DNA of 64,000 bases from Octopus sinensis (Eukaryota): assembly GCF_006345805.1 (NCBI RefSeq), contig NC_042997.1, forward strand, positions 112,158,001 through 112,222,000. The letters are read 5' to 3'. Below, piece after piece: positions 37,154-50,589 of this stretch (positions are counted from its first letter, which is position 1; each line of letters opens with the position of its first letter). Made by a program: the position numbers and the translations under genes. The notes below the pieces were generated by a model. It saw nothing but the letters and a program-made list of their open reading frames with translations. It was not told the origin of the DNA and searched no databases.

Positions 37154-37490
37154 GGTGGTAGTAGCAGTAGTAGTTGTAGTAGCAGCAGCAGTAGCAATAG
37201 TAGTAGCAACAAGAACAGCTGCAGAAGTGATAGCAGCTGCGGCAGCAGCAGCAACAATAACGTGAATGTAACAGTGGTGGCGGCGGCATAATGGTAATGG
37301 TGATGGTGATGGTGGTAGTAGTGGTGGTGGGTGTGGGAGTGACCAGAATGGTGGGGGTGATGGTGGTCATTGTAGTGAAGGTGATGGTGGGGGAGGGGCT
37401 GATTGTAGTAGTGGGGTGGAGGTAGTAGTGTTGTTGTTGTTAGTGTTGGTGGTGATTGTGAAGGTGGAGGTGGGAGTGTTGGTATTAGCT
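36480..37490. repeat. (CAG)/(CTA)/(GGT)/(GTA)n trinucleotide mosaic
   Basis: Seen directly in the sequence. Confidence 0.9.
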
Positions 37491-37844
37491 GTGGTGTTTA
37501 CCCCTTGGTCGACCCTGATCAAGCACACCTATGATCGAAAGCATGCCACTAATGGATGTTTAAAATTTTTTTCTTTTCTCTTCTTCCTTCCTTCCTTTCT
37601 TTGTTTTTTAGTCAGGCATTGTGTATCTAGGAGTATATTTATCTAATACAGTTTCAACATGTCTCTGTTTGGTTGTTATTATAATGGTAAGGTGGGATTA
37701 AAATGAGATTTGGCTGCTTTTTCTAGTCAATCAATCACATGGAAGACCTCAGTGGTGTAGAGTTGCAGTGAGAAGTAGCAGCAACATGGAGTATAGGGAA
37801 GTAGTGTCAGGAATAAGCAGCAGCAGCAGCAGTAGTAGTAGTAT

Positions 37845-37896
<52 letters not shown>

Positions 37897-37954
37897 GGTG
37901 GTGGTGGTGGTGGTGGTGGTGGTGGTGGTAGCAGCAGCAGCAGTTTAGAATGCA

Positions 37955-38250
37955 AGTAGGAGTGCACCAGTGCTCACTTCTCAGTTATATTCTGCTCCAG
38001 GCCATAACAAAGCAGTTTAAGACTGGGGGCCCATGGGAACTCCTGCCTGCAGACGATCTTGTTCTTGTAGCTGAATCTGTAGCAGAATTATGGGAGGAAT
38101 TTCAGGCGAAGAAACAAGGCCTGGAATTAAAGAGCCTCAAAATTAACAAAGTTCTTTGTAAGCAGAAAAACAGACAGACCATTAATCTTTCCAGGACAAT
38201 GGCCCAACTCGATATGTAGAAAAAGTATAGGTAGAAATTCCATACCTCTT
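37955..38250 (+). mobile_element. RTE reverse transcriptase core fragment
   Basis: VGVHQCSLLS..ILLQAITKQFKTGGPWELLPADDLVLVAES matches the RT motifs GVHQGS.LSP and LLYADDL. Confidence 0.85.
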
Positions 38251-38825
38251 GTGGTTCTTACTGACAAATTTTCTCTTTCCTCACTTTCGCTGAATTGATG
38301 TGAGTAGCCATGCTGATCCCTCTACAAGAACCTGCTCTGCTCCCATCCTCCCCACACTTGTTATAGTAATCCCTTGTTCCCTACCATGAATCTGACACCC
38401 CCACTATCCCAAGGGTTGGTAGGCCTATGAACTGCATGGCAAGCTCAATAGTGCTGACATTAAGAAGGGCATCAGGCCATAAAAACCTTGGCCAAAGCAG
38501 ACACCGGACCATGATGCAGGCCTTGGGCACAACGGATCCTATTGAAACATCCAACCCTTGGAATAGTGGGGGTGCCAGCATGGAACATGGACATTAAATA
38601 ATGTTGATGATCCTGGTACACACACACACATACATGTATAGTCTGGTTGTTTGATCAACCTACTCATTGATCAACCTATCACAAACTGGTTGAGTATTCC
38701 AAAGAACATATGTATTTTTAATGTAATTCTAGCTCAAGTGTCTTCTACTATTGCCTCAGGCCAACCAATGCCTTGTGACTGGATTTCGTAGACAGAAACT
38801 GAAAGAAGCCTGTCATATATGTATA

Positions 38826-39138
38826 TATGTGCCGGTGGCACGTAAAAAGCACCATCCATTCGTGGCCGTTGCCAGCCTCGCCTGGCCTCTGTGCCAGTGG
38901 CACGTAAAAAGCACCATCCGTCTGTGGCCGTCTGCCAGCTCCGTCTGGCACCTGTGCGGGTGGCACGTAAAAAGCACCCACTACACTCATGGAGTGGTTG
39001 GCGTTAGGAAGGGCATCCAGCCGTAGAAACACTGCCAGATCAGACTGGGCCTGAAGCAGCCTTCTGGCTTCACAGACCCCAGTTGAACCCATGCTAGCAT
39101 GGAGGGCAGACGTTAAATGATGATGATGATGATGATGA

Positions 39139-39140
<2 letters not shown>
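38826..39140 (+). mobile_element. RTE 3' UTR fragment (3 repeat units plus tail)
   Basis: Same UTR as 29450-29900. Further copies at about 41455-41910(-), 43250-43590(+), 47975-48480(+), 49870-50132(+), 54225-54752(+), 60740-61258(+) and 62480-62850(-). Confidence 0.8.
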
Positions 39141-39180
<40 letters not shown>

Positions 39181-39402
39181 ATATGTTTGTATGTCTGCGT
39201 TTGTCCCCCCAACATCGCTTGACAACCAATGCTGGTGCGTTTACATACCCATAACTTAGCGGTTCGGCAAAAGAGACCAATAGAATAAGTACTAGGCTTA
39301 CAAAGAATAAGTCCTGGTGTCAATTTGCCTCGACTAAAGGTGGTGCTCCAGCATGGCCGCAGTCAAATGTCTGAAATAAGTAAAAGAGTAAAGGAGTATA
39401 TA

Positions 39403-39471
<69 letters not shown>

Positions 39472-39834
39472 ATATAAAACGGCCACTCCTGTTGATTTTG
39501 ATGTATGAGTGTTTGAAGGAAAGGATTTAAAAATTTAAAATGCAAAAGAGAAAAAAACAACTTCAAAATAAAAGAAAATGCATCTGTTTGTGGTGGATGT
39601 ATTCTTTTATTTTCTTTTATTCTTTTACTTGTCTCAGTCATCTGACTGTGGCCATGCTGGAGCACTGCCTTTAGACAAGCAAATCAACCCCAGGACTTAT
39701 TCTTTGTAAGCCTAGTACTTATTCTATAAGTCTCTTTTGCCAAACCACCAAGTTACAGGGACGTAAACACACCAGCATCAGTTGTCAAGCAATAGTAGGG
39801 AGACAAACACCGACACACAAACATATTCACACAC

Positions 39835-39873
<39 letters not shown>

Positions 39874-39880
39874 GTGTGGA

Positions 39881-40212
39881 GGCGCATGGCTCAGTGGTTA
39901 GAGTGTCGAGCTTACGATCGTGAGGTTGTGAGCTCGAATCCCGGACTGGGCTGCGTGTTGTGTTCTTGAGAAAGACACTTTATTTCACGTTGCTCCAGTT
40001 CACTCAGCTGTAGAAATGAGTTGCGACGTCACAGGTGCCAAGCTGTATCGACCTTTGTCTTTCCCTTGGATAACACTGGTGGCGTGGAGAGGGGAGGCCG
40101 GTATGCATGGGCGACTACTGGTCTTCCATAAAACAACCTTGCCCAGACTTGTGCCTCAGAGGGTAACTCTCTAGGTGCAAAGTCATGGTCACTCATGACC
40201 GAAGGGGGTCTT
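39881..40212 (+). mobile_element. tRNA-derived SINE, well preserved
   Basis: A box TGGCTCAGTGG and B-box-like GCTCGAATCCC. The 3' part is repeated at about 63700-63830. Confidence 0.8.
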
Positions 40213-40214
40213 AA

Positions 40215-40409
40215 ATTAGAAGAAATGAGGTAATCAGAAGATCGGATGGTTTGTATTTACAGATATTTATTTATTTATATATTACATTTTTTACATATAT
40301 ATCATATCACTTATATATATGATATATATGTAAAAAATGTAATATATAAATAAATAAATATCTGTAAATACAAACCATCCGATCTTCTGATTACCTCATT
40401 TCTTCTAAT
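40215..40409. repeat. Perfect palindrome, 93-bp arms, 9-nt loop
   Basis: Checked base by base: 40215-40307 is the exact reverse complement of 40317-40409. Confidence 0.95.
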
Positions 40410-40432
40410 ACCTGTACATCATCTCCAAACCT

Positions 40433-40494
<62 letters not shown>

Positions 40495-41929
40495 AATATA
40501 TATATATTCCGGGTTCAGTCCCACTGCATGGCACCTTGGGCAATTGTCTTCTTCTATAGCCTCGGGCTGACCAAGCCTTGTGAGTGGATTTGGTAGACGG
40601 AAACTGAAAGAAGCCCGTTGTATATATATCTATAAATATGTATGTGCGTATATATGTTTGTGTGTCTGTGTTTGTCCCCCCAACATCACTTGATAATCGA
40701 TGCTGATGTGTTTACGTCACCGTAACTTAGCAGTTCGGCAAAAGAGACCAATAGAATAAGTACTAAACTTACTCAAAATAAGTCCGGGGGTTGATTTGCT
40801 CGACTAAAGGTGGTGCTCCAGTGTGGCTGCAGTCAAAATGACTGAAACAAGTAAAAGAATAAAAGAAAAAAGAATATATATACATATACGACAGGCTTCT
40901 TCCAGCTTCTGTCTACCAAATCCACTCACAAGGTTATGGTAGGCCTGAGGCGTGCCCAAGGTGCCATGCAGTGGGACTGAACCCAGGACCAGCCACTCCT
41001 GCGCCTGAGTCCAGTGATGGATTTTGCTATGAAGTCACATTAAGGCCACTGACGGTTTTGACTATGCTTCGGATTGGCCAAAAATGTCTGTGATATATAT
41101 TTATTAATATCTAGAAGTAACAAATGCAAAAAAACTCTTGGCCCTTGAGCCACTCTGTTACTTCTTCTAAATATTGATTTCAAATTTTGTCACAAGGCCA
41201 GCAATTTGGGGAAATGGGGGGGGGGGCTTGTCAACTGCATTGACCCCAGTGCTCCACTGGTATTCTTTTATTGATCCTGAAAGGATGACAGGCAAAGTTG
41301 ACCTTGGCAGAGTTGGAACTAAGAATATAAAGACAGATGAAGTAATGCTAATCATTTGGGTCAGCATGCTAACAATCCTGCTAGCACACTGCCTTATATA
41401 TATATATAATATATATATATATTATATATATATATATAATATATATATATACATATCATCTTCATCATCATCATCATCGTTTAACATCCGCTTTCTATGT
41501 TAGCATGGATTAGATGATTTGCCTGAGGGCTGGCAAGCCAGAAGGCTGCACCAGGCCCAGTCTGATCTGGCAGAGTTTCTACAGCTGGATGCCCTTCCTA
41601 ATGCCAACCACTCCAAGAGTGTAGTGGGTGCTTTTACATGCCACCAGCACGGGGGCTAGTCAAGCAGTACTGGCAATGGCCACACTCAAATGGTGTTTTT
41701 TACGTGCCACTTGCACAGGACCCAGTCCAGCAGCACTGGCAACAACCTTGCTCCAATGTTTTTTCAGGTGCCACCGGCACAAGTGCCAGTAAGGTGACGC
41801 TGGTAATGATCACACTCGAATGTTGCTTTTACGTGCCACCGGCACAGAAGCCAGTCAGCTGCTCTGGCAACGATCACACTCGGATGGTGCTCTTAACACT
41901 CCTCTGGCACTGGTGCCAAAGTTATAGAA

Positions 41930-42474
41930 TGAAGTTCAACAAATTCAATCATATTTTTCGTAAATGGAGGAGATTTGATGTTAATATGGAATGAATTATT
42001 TTTTATTCAATTCACTAGACGATCGTTTTGTATAATAAGACAATAAGTTCATTTTAAGAATCTGAGTTGTCAAAGAGTACCCCTCAGTAGCAGAATAAGA
42101 AAAACTATGAACTTAATAAAGAAAAAGGTAGACTTAAGAATTACATGGGTCTGGTGTTCTTGCTTATTTTTAATGTGCAGTTGTTTTAGGAGTCATGTCT
42201 GTTTAGTTGTTTTAAACAGACATGACTCCTAGAACAATTATACATTAAAAATTAGCAAGAACACCAGACCCATGTAATTCTTAAGTCTACCTTTTTCTTT
42301 ATTAAGTTCTTATTTAGTCTTATTGTACTCTTTGACAACTCAGATTCTTAAAAGGAATTTATTGTCTTTCTGTATGAAACGATCTTCAAGGGAATTGAAT
42401 AAAAAATAATTCAATGCATATTAACATCAAATCTCCTCCATTTATGTAAAATATGATCGAATTTCTTGAACTTT
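41930..42474. repeat. Fold-back element, about 265-bp imperfect arms, 7-nt loop
   Basis: For example gtctggtgttcttgct / agcaagaacaccagac and aggagtcatgtctgttta / taaacagacatgactcct. Confidence 0.9.
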
Positions 42475-42919
42475 GTGTTATAACTTAAATCATATACCTA
42501 GCATACTTATATAACCTTTCATATCTACACCAGTTTGCACCAGTAAATCCAAAGTAAGGTATGAAGAATCAACGTTAGAAATCTTTTGGAAATTACTCCA
42601 ATTAAAGGACAAATCCTTGTTGAACCCCTTTTTATAATATATATATGCTAACTTATATTGTATATATATATATAAAAGAAGAAAAAGAAAATGGAGATTG
42701 GGAAGTCGATAATTATTTATTATTAACAGCAAATTTATTGGCTAAACTGGCAATATGACCATTCCGAAATATAACAATAGCAAATTAATCATCATCCCTT
42801 ACAGCTGTTTCAATTAATACTCAGTAAATGTTAAGTAAATGTTAAATTTATATGACCTGAGAATAATATCTTCACAGGGAAAAAAATATACCCTTGGATG
42901 TTTTATATGTGTTTATGGA

Positions 42920-42922
42920 TTC

Positions 42923-42954
<32 letters not shown>

Positions 42955-43122
42955 ATATATATATGTGTGTGTGTGTATGTGTGTGTGTGTAAATATAAAT
43001 ATATATATATACATATACACATACATATATGCATACATACATATATATACACATACACACACACATATATATACATATATACATACGTACATATATACAC
43101 ATAGACATACATACATATATGC

Positions 43123-43153
<31 letters not shown>

Positions 43154-43154
43154 C

Positions 43155-43243
<89 letters not shown>
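42920..43243. repeat. Compound (TA)/(TG)/(TACA)n microsatellite
   Basis: Seen directly in the sequence. Confidence 0.95.
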
Positions 43244-43246
<3 letters not shown>

Positions 43247-45352
43247 AAGCACCATTCAAGTATAATTGTTGCCAGAACCACCTTACTGGCACATGAAACA
43301 TCAATATTCGAGCGTGGTCGTTGCCAGTGCTGCCTAACTGGCTCCTGTGCAGGTAACAAGTAAAAACACCATTTGAGCATGGTTGTTGCCAGAACTGTCT
43401 GACTGGCACGTAAAAAGCACCCACTACACTCTCGGAGTGGTTGGCATTAGGAAGGGCATCCAGCTGTAGAAACCTTGCCAGATCAGATTGGAGCCTAGTG
43501 CAGCCTTCTGGCTTGCCAGTCCTCAGTCAAACCGTCAAACCCATGCTAGCATGGAAAGCAGACATTAAAGACGACGATGATGATGATGATATATATATGT
43601 ATATATAATTAATCTAAAGGATTATTCCATACTTATGTAGAGAACAAATTCATTATTTTTTAATAAGAATAGTATTGACAGGGACTTCGAAGTTTTAGCC
43701 AGCTAAGCCGTAATCATAGTTGTAGTATTAAAGCAGTAGTCACCAGCATAGAATGTATTAATGGTTAAAACGGACAGAGTTGCCATTGTTGTACATGACA
43801 TAAAAGAGATCTCAGTGCAAATAAACATAGGTATAAGACGAGATCAATATTTTTTTTATTTCTAAATATTTGCTTTTTAGAATTGATCGAATATTTTTCT
43901 CTGGACATAATTGTGAATAATGAAATAGTTGTAATTAGGATTTCCAGCATGTAAAATGTTGATAGCTAACAGATTAACACAAGTAGGTCATTATAGTGTT
44001 GTAATGTTACAGGATATGAGGATATTAGGCAGTCAGAATGTAGCTTCTGTGTGTGTGTGTGTTTGTTACTATTGGCCATATTGTTAGTCTATCTGAAACC
44101 TGTTGATTTAGCCAGATAGCTTTCAAACCAAATCCACTTTAATCTGTATTGTCTGCAATTGCCTGAAAATTTTGAACTGATCATGTTGGATTGTCTCCCT
44201 TACTTGTGATTTTAGAATTTCAGAACTCCAAGAGATAAATTTTATCTATTCATTGCTTGGATATTCTCATCTGGTCAAAGTTTTTCATCTCCATTAAATA
44301 ACATAAATGAGATTTTACAGTATATATATATTTAACCCTTTTCATACCAACCCACCTGAGATTGCCCCCAGTTCTATGTTAGGAAAACTTCTGGGTTTTA
44401 AATTGATCTAAATTAAAACCACCCATCAATATTTCAGATTCATTTACATTCCAAACACCAGCTTAATAATAATAACAGGAGTATTTTACTAAATTCTTCA
44501 TTATTTTTAAAATTAATTGAACCAAACGTAGTGTATACCCTCAACTGCTGTATGTATGTTTAACATATCCTGAGCAACTGTATGTATGATAAAGTATAAA
44601 TATCCTGAGCTGCATCACCAGCCAGGTTGCATAGCCAATGTTGACATATACAGAGTAGTGAGACAAGACATGTTATTTAATTAAAACTATATCTGTAATG
44701 AGAGGAGAGAATCATTAACTTGATTGTTAATTATGATCAATAAAGGCATGGCTATGTGGTTAAGAAGTTTGCTCCCCAACCACATGCTTCTGGGTTCAGT
44801 CCTACCATGTGGCACCTTGGATGAACAAGTCTCTTCTACTATATCCACCATCCAACCAAAGCCTTGTGAGTGGATTTGGTAGATGGAAATTGAAAGAAGC
44901 TCATTGTATATATGATTAATAGTTAAGTATCTTCAGAAGGAATACATATATCTTTAAACGATATTCCAAAATATGAAATATATGAATTATTTATATATAA
45001 ACAGATTTATACAACAAGATGGAATCTTTTAATATAAATTCTATACACTAATACAGTTCCACATGTTCATTCCTCTTAAGGAAAAACTTTGCTACATGAT
45101 AGCATATGGTGGCTGATAACAGTATAAAAGCTTTTAAGTGCACATTACGAGATTATTACCCAGATAGTATAGAATATATATATAAGGTGGTGAGCTGGCA
45201 GAGACATTGGCATGCCGGTATTTTGTCTGTCTTTATGTTCTGAGTTCAAATTCTGCTGCGGTCAACTTTACCTTTCATCCTCTTGGGGTCAATAAATTAA
45301 GTACCAGTTGCATACTGAGATTGATCTAAGAATATTGAATACATGATATATA

Positions 45353-45861
45353 CTAGCAGCATAGCCCGGCATTGCCCGGGTATGTAAGAGCCCCTGGAGC
45401 AGACATGATGCTCGCTGTGAATTTTTAAAAAAATCCTGCCAATTTGAGAAAGATATTGTCGAAAATATGTCATCTTGAATTTGAGCGCGATTTCCCAAAA
45501 TGGCATGATTTTATCGATTTTTTCTGATGGCAAGGTATTGCATGGAAAACTAACCTCAGAATTAAGTTTTTTAGGGTAACATTAACCATGAGTTTGGTGA
45601 AATCGATTGCAAGTTGCGAAAACTACAACAGAAAATGTGTTGCAAATAAAAAGCTTAGATTCTCGACCCCATGTCGAATTTATCGATTTTTTCAGAACTG
45701 GGGGAACTTTTCAAAATTTTCGCTGCGTTAGTTTTGAATTATGACATTGGGCTATGTGTGTGTCAAGTTTCATTAGAATCGGTTGAAAGCCGTGGTCAGG
45801 GTGAGGGTACAACCTGACAGACACACAGACACACAGACAGACAAACTGCCGTTTATATAGA
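45353..45861 (-). mobile_element. Non-autonomous Helitron (Lep1-like architecture)
   Basis: On the minus strand it begins A|TCtatataaac, contains a (GTCT)n tract, and ends with the hairpin cccgggcaatgccggg followed by CTAG|T. Confidence 0.75.
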
Positions 45862-45891
45862 TATATATATATATAATATATATATATATAT

Positions 45892-45924
<33 letters not shown>

Positions 45925-45933
45925 GTATGTATG

Positions 45934-45972
<39 letters not shown>

Positions 45973-46020
45973 TATATATATATTATATATATATATATAT
46001 ATACACATATATATATATAC

Positions 46021-46079
<59 letters not shown>

Positions 46080-47350
46080 CGAGGGGCGTTCAATAAGTAA
46101 TGCCTCTGACCCAACTCCCCAAAACAGTAGAGCAACGACACTTGGCACAGTTATTAGTCTTTTCCTACATAGGAACTACCCAGAGTTATGCATTTCTCCC
46201 ATCGTTTGATACAGCTCTGGAGACCGTTTTTGTAGAAGACCCCAGCTTGGTCCTCCAACCACGACGTGACTTCAGAAATCAAGGCTGCATCATCTGGGAA
46301 ACGCTTTCCTTTCAAAATCAACTTCATGGCTGGGAAGAGGTGAAAATCAAAGGGTGCAAGGGAAGGAGTTCATAGCTGCATGCCTGTGCTTCTGATCTGG
46401 CGACACGCGAGTTGTGGACCGGAGCGTTGTCCTGCAGGAGGAGGATGCCTTTGCTGATCTTGCCCCGCCTCTTGATTTTGATAGCTTCTCTTAATTTCCT
46501 CAAAAGTGAAGCATAATAGGCTCCTGTAATTGTGGTACCCTTTGCCAGGAAATCTGTCATCACTACTCCGTCCTGGTCCCAGAAGACTGTGAGCATAACC
46601 TTGTCAGCGGAGGGCTGCACCCTTGCCTTCTTTGGAGGAGGTGAGTCATGGTACTTTCACTGCATTGACTGGGCTTTGGTCTATGGATCATAGTGATGGA
46701 CCCAGGTTTTATCCTGTGTGATCAGTCTTTTGAAAATTTTTGACTCATCTTCATGGCACATCTCCAAATTCATCCTTGAGCACTCAACGCGTTCTTGCTT
46801 CTGGAAAGGTGTGAGCAACCTGGAAATCCATCTGGCAGACACCTTTTGCATATGCAAATGGTCATGAATGATAGTTTCCACAGACCCGGTACTAATCTTG
46901 ACCTTATGGGCTATTTGGCGAATAGTTATGCGTTGACCTTCCAAAATGGCAGCCTCAACTTGACGGATAGACGTCTCATCAACGGCAGAAGGGAGCGACC
47001 AGATCTGGGAGCTGTTTCCACAGAATCCCGACTATGTTTGAATTCACAATGCCAGCGTTTTACAAGGTCATATGATGGGGCATCATCACCATAAGTTACT
47101 TTCATTTCATCAAAAGTCTCCTGTGGTGTGCGTCCTTTCAAATACAAAAACCAAATCACTGCTCGACACTCAACAGGCACCATGTCACACTTGACTCAGT
47201 TCAAACACCTGTAAATCAAAAACCACAATTTGTGCAGAGCTGAAATTCGCCACTTCATCTATAGAGGGATAGGTAAGTGTACATGCAAAATTTCAGCTAG
47301 ATCAAACAAGGGCAAGTGGGTCAGGGGCATTACTTATTGAACGCCCCTCG
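46080..47350 (-). mobile_element. Full-length mariner (DD34D-type) transposon, 1271 bp
   Basis: 34-bp TIRs with 1 mismatch (cgaggggcgttcaataagtaatgcc[t/c]ctgaccca), TA on both sides within (TA)n. Confidence 0.95.
46154..47183 (-). pseudogene. Mariner transposase, disrupted by frameshifts and stops
   Basis: CRAVIWFLYLKG; KVSARWISRLLT; LITQDKTWVHHYDP; KVMLTVFWD; LLLQDNAPVH. The YSPDLAPSD region is partly deleted. Confidence 0.92.
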
Positions 47351-47360
47351 TATATATATG

Positions 47361-47438
<78 letters not shown>

Positions 47439-47782
47439 ATAAGGAAAATAGGACAAGGTAGAAAATGCTAAAATAATTTTATCATGAAGAACATTTTAGT
47501 ACCGGTTTCAGGCTTTGTGACTTTGTCAACTTAGAGTGTAGCATGAAAACCAATTAAATTGTGGAAAAATTAAATGAAATATTTTTTTAAAATATTTCAA
47601 AGCTTTCAAATATTTGGGACATTTTCCTTTTTTCTGTGTTTCTCACTTTTACTTTTGTGAAGGCTTGGTAGGTAGGTAGCAGCAGATCTGAAGAAATATA
47701 TATTATACACCAAAGTAAGCATATAAATGTGAAACAAGGTGGGGAGAAATAATACTTGAATACCAGAGGTAGAGTAATATGC

Positions 47783-47970
47783 TTTATTATTATCAAAGCT
47801 GCAAAAACATTAGAAAAATATCACAAAACTGCTACTCAGAGTTTTGCGTTCCCGTTCGTTGGACAGTTTAGATTCTCAATCTAAACTGTCCAACGAACGG
47901 GAATGTGAAACTCTGAGAAGCAGTTTTGTGATATTTTTGCGATGTTTTTGCAGCTTCAATGATAATAAAG
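47783..47970. repeat. Hairpin, about 92-bp arms, 3-nt loop
   Basis: ttcccgttcgttggacagtttagatt-ctc-aatctaaactgtccaacgaacgggaa core, with imperfect outer arms. Confidence 0.9.
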
Positions 47971-48924
47971 TATATATGTGATTTGATATGCTTGAGAGTG
48001 TCGGGTGATACGATATGCTTGAGAAGACTTGTTGAGCCAAGTAAAACCAATAGTGTAGCTGTGGCCAGTGTCCCCTGACTGGCTCCCATGCCGGTGACAT
48101 GTAAAAAGCACCATCTGAATGTTGTCGCTGCCAGGTCCACCTGACTGACTCCTGTATTAGTGGCACATAAAAAGTACCATCCAAATGTGGTTGATGTCAA
48201 TATCCCTGATTGGCACTCGTGCCGGTGGCATGTAAATAGTACTATCCGAATGTGATCGATGCCAGTACTGCCTGACTGTCTCCTGTGCCAGTGGTACGTA
48301 AAAAGCACCCACCACACTCTCAGAGTGATTAGCATTAGGAAGGGCATCCAGCTGTAGAAACATTGCTAGATCAGATTGGAGCCTGGTGCAGCCTCCTGGC
48401 TTGCCAGTCCTCAGTCAAACTGTCCAACCCATGCCATGGAAAACAGATATTAAATGATGATGATGATGCTGATGATGATGATGTATGTATCTATGTATGT
48501 ATAAATGTATGTCTATCTATCTATATCTAGCTATCTTCCTATCTATCTATCTGTCTATATATCTATATATATATATATATCTATATATATATGTGTGTGT
48601 GTATACACAATAGGTTTCCACACAGTTTTCGTCTATGACATTCTCTCAGGTGACACGAGGAAGGTCATTGGGAGTGACTCTCGCAGAAGAATTAAAGTTC
48701 TGAATTGAGAAAAGGAAAGAGAGGAGTGGATTAAGTGTTTAGTGTTGGGTTTAAGGTCGAGATGCAGCAAGGGTGACAGGACAAGGAGGGATGGGCATGT
48801 CCAGGTTGAGAAAGTCTGTTGCTTTTGGGGATAAGGAAAAAAGAGAGATTTAAGTTAATGGTTGTAGCTGTTGATCACTGAATCATTGCCAGTCAATGAA
48901 ATAATGGTTTTGTCTTGGATTCAG

Positions 48925-48927
48925 TCT

Positions 48928-48968
<41 letters not shown>

Positions 48969-49189
48969 TGTTTGTTTGTTTGTGTGTGTGTGCGCATTTG
49001 TGAGTGTATGTGTGTTTGTGTGTGTTTGTGTGTGAGTGTGAGTGTGTGTTGTGTGTGTGTGTTTGTGTGTGTGTGTTTGTGTGTGTGTGTTTGTTTGTTT
49101 GTGTGTGTGTGTGTGTGCGCATTTGTGAGTGTATGTGTGTTTGTGTGTGTTTGTGTGTGAGTGTGAGTGTGTGTTTGTGTGTGTGTGTT

Positions 49190-49220
<31 letters not shown>

Positions 49221-49265
49221 CCGTGTGTCTGTATGTCTGTGTGTGTGTGTACCTATGTGTGTGTC
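48925..49265. repeat. (TG)n compound array with an internal higher-order duplication
   Basis: gcgcatttgtgagtgtatg occurs twice, about 125 nt apart. Confidence 0.9.
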
Positions 49266-50589
49266 CATGAGTAGCAGCACTATTTCATATACATGAACAG
49301 TCTATTGTAGTCTATCAGCAGCACTAACCATGTTCTATAGACAGCCTGTTCTGTATGTACGACAGGCTTGTCTCATAAATCTCATTATGTTCCATCTACA
49401 TGTGTGTGTGTGTGTAACTGTAGCAGCAGAAACATTATCCCGTGTATGTGGAGAGAATCCTGTCTAATCAGACTTGAAGAATTTCCAGAAACTCAGGAGA
49501 AATCATTCATGAGGCGCACACAGAGCAGTGACAATAATGTTCTGAAGCATTCTGTATATGTTCTGACAGATTGAAACATGAATACAGACTTGTTACCAGT
49601 TCAAATATGTTTTGAGGCATATTTGGACCTGTGCAAAAAGTCATTCACTGTATTTTGTCATGAAGAATATTTCTTGCTGTAGAGAAAGAGGTGCAGATAC
49701 ACTGAGCCCAGCTTACAGCACCTTCTGGACCAGTCTATTGGATGAATGCACTTCAGAATGGTTATCTCCTCTTCAGTAACAGACACTGGAAAGGCAGATG
49801 CTGTCAATTGACATGAGAGACAGGTCCATCATATGAAAATCTTGGTCATCATTCAATGACTGGTTGTACTATTCAGCAGGCCGCCTTGACTGGCTCCTGT
49901 GCCGGTGGCACGTAAAAAGCACCAACCGATTGTGGCCGTTGCCAGCCTCCCTGGCACCTGTGCTGGTGGCACGTAAAAAGCACCCACTACACTCACGGAA
50001 GGGCATCCAGCTGTAGAAACAATGCCAGATCAGACTGGAGCCTGGTGCAGCCTCCGGGCTTCCCAGACCCCGGTTGAACCGTCCAACCCATGATAGTATG
50101 GAAAATGGACGTTAAACGATGATGATGATGATAGCAGGAATGTGTATATAATGAGGTACCTAAAAGAAAGAGCAATTTTAGAATATTATTTTATTCACTT
50201 AGTTTTACATGTATCTGTTCTCATGCCTTTCAGCCTTGACCACCAAACAACCTCTTTCACCACAGCCACCAGGCAAAGGAAATCTGTTTTGTTTACCTGA
50301 CTGAAGGAGGGTGGTGGTGCAAGTATCATTACAGACTCAGCCAACAGACGAATCCATCCCACACATGGTAGCATCTGTTTGACATAACCCTACAAGTTGG
50401 CAATGCATCTTCTTCTTCTTCTACTACTTCTCCCCCTCCCCTTCTTCTACTACTTCTCCCCCTCCCCTCCTCCCCCTCCTTGTCGTCGTCATCATTGTTG
50501 TTGTTAATAATAATAATAATATTTGCTTAATAGCATTATCAGAGATCCTGCTGGTTTCATTTGCTAAACATCAAGCTGCAACTCTTGTC

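Noticed and set aside
39881-39955. tRNA gene-like sequences (also 36070-36130, 51385-51440 and 32105-32165)
   Set aside because: A and B boxes are present, but no proper acceptor stem is evident, and at 39881 the head runs into a SINE body. They are treated as SINE heads.
49400-49860. Unique-looking mixed-composition block
   Set aside because: No frame stays open between plausible splice sites, and I recognise no transposon motif. It is left unannotated.
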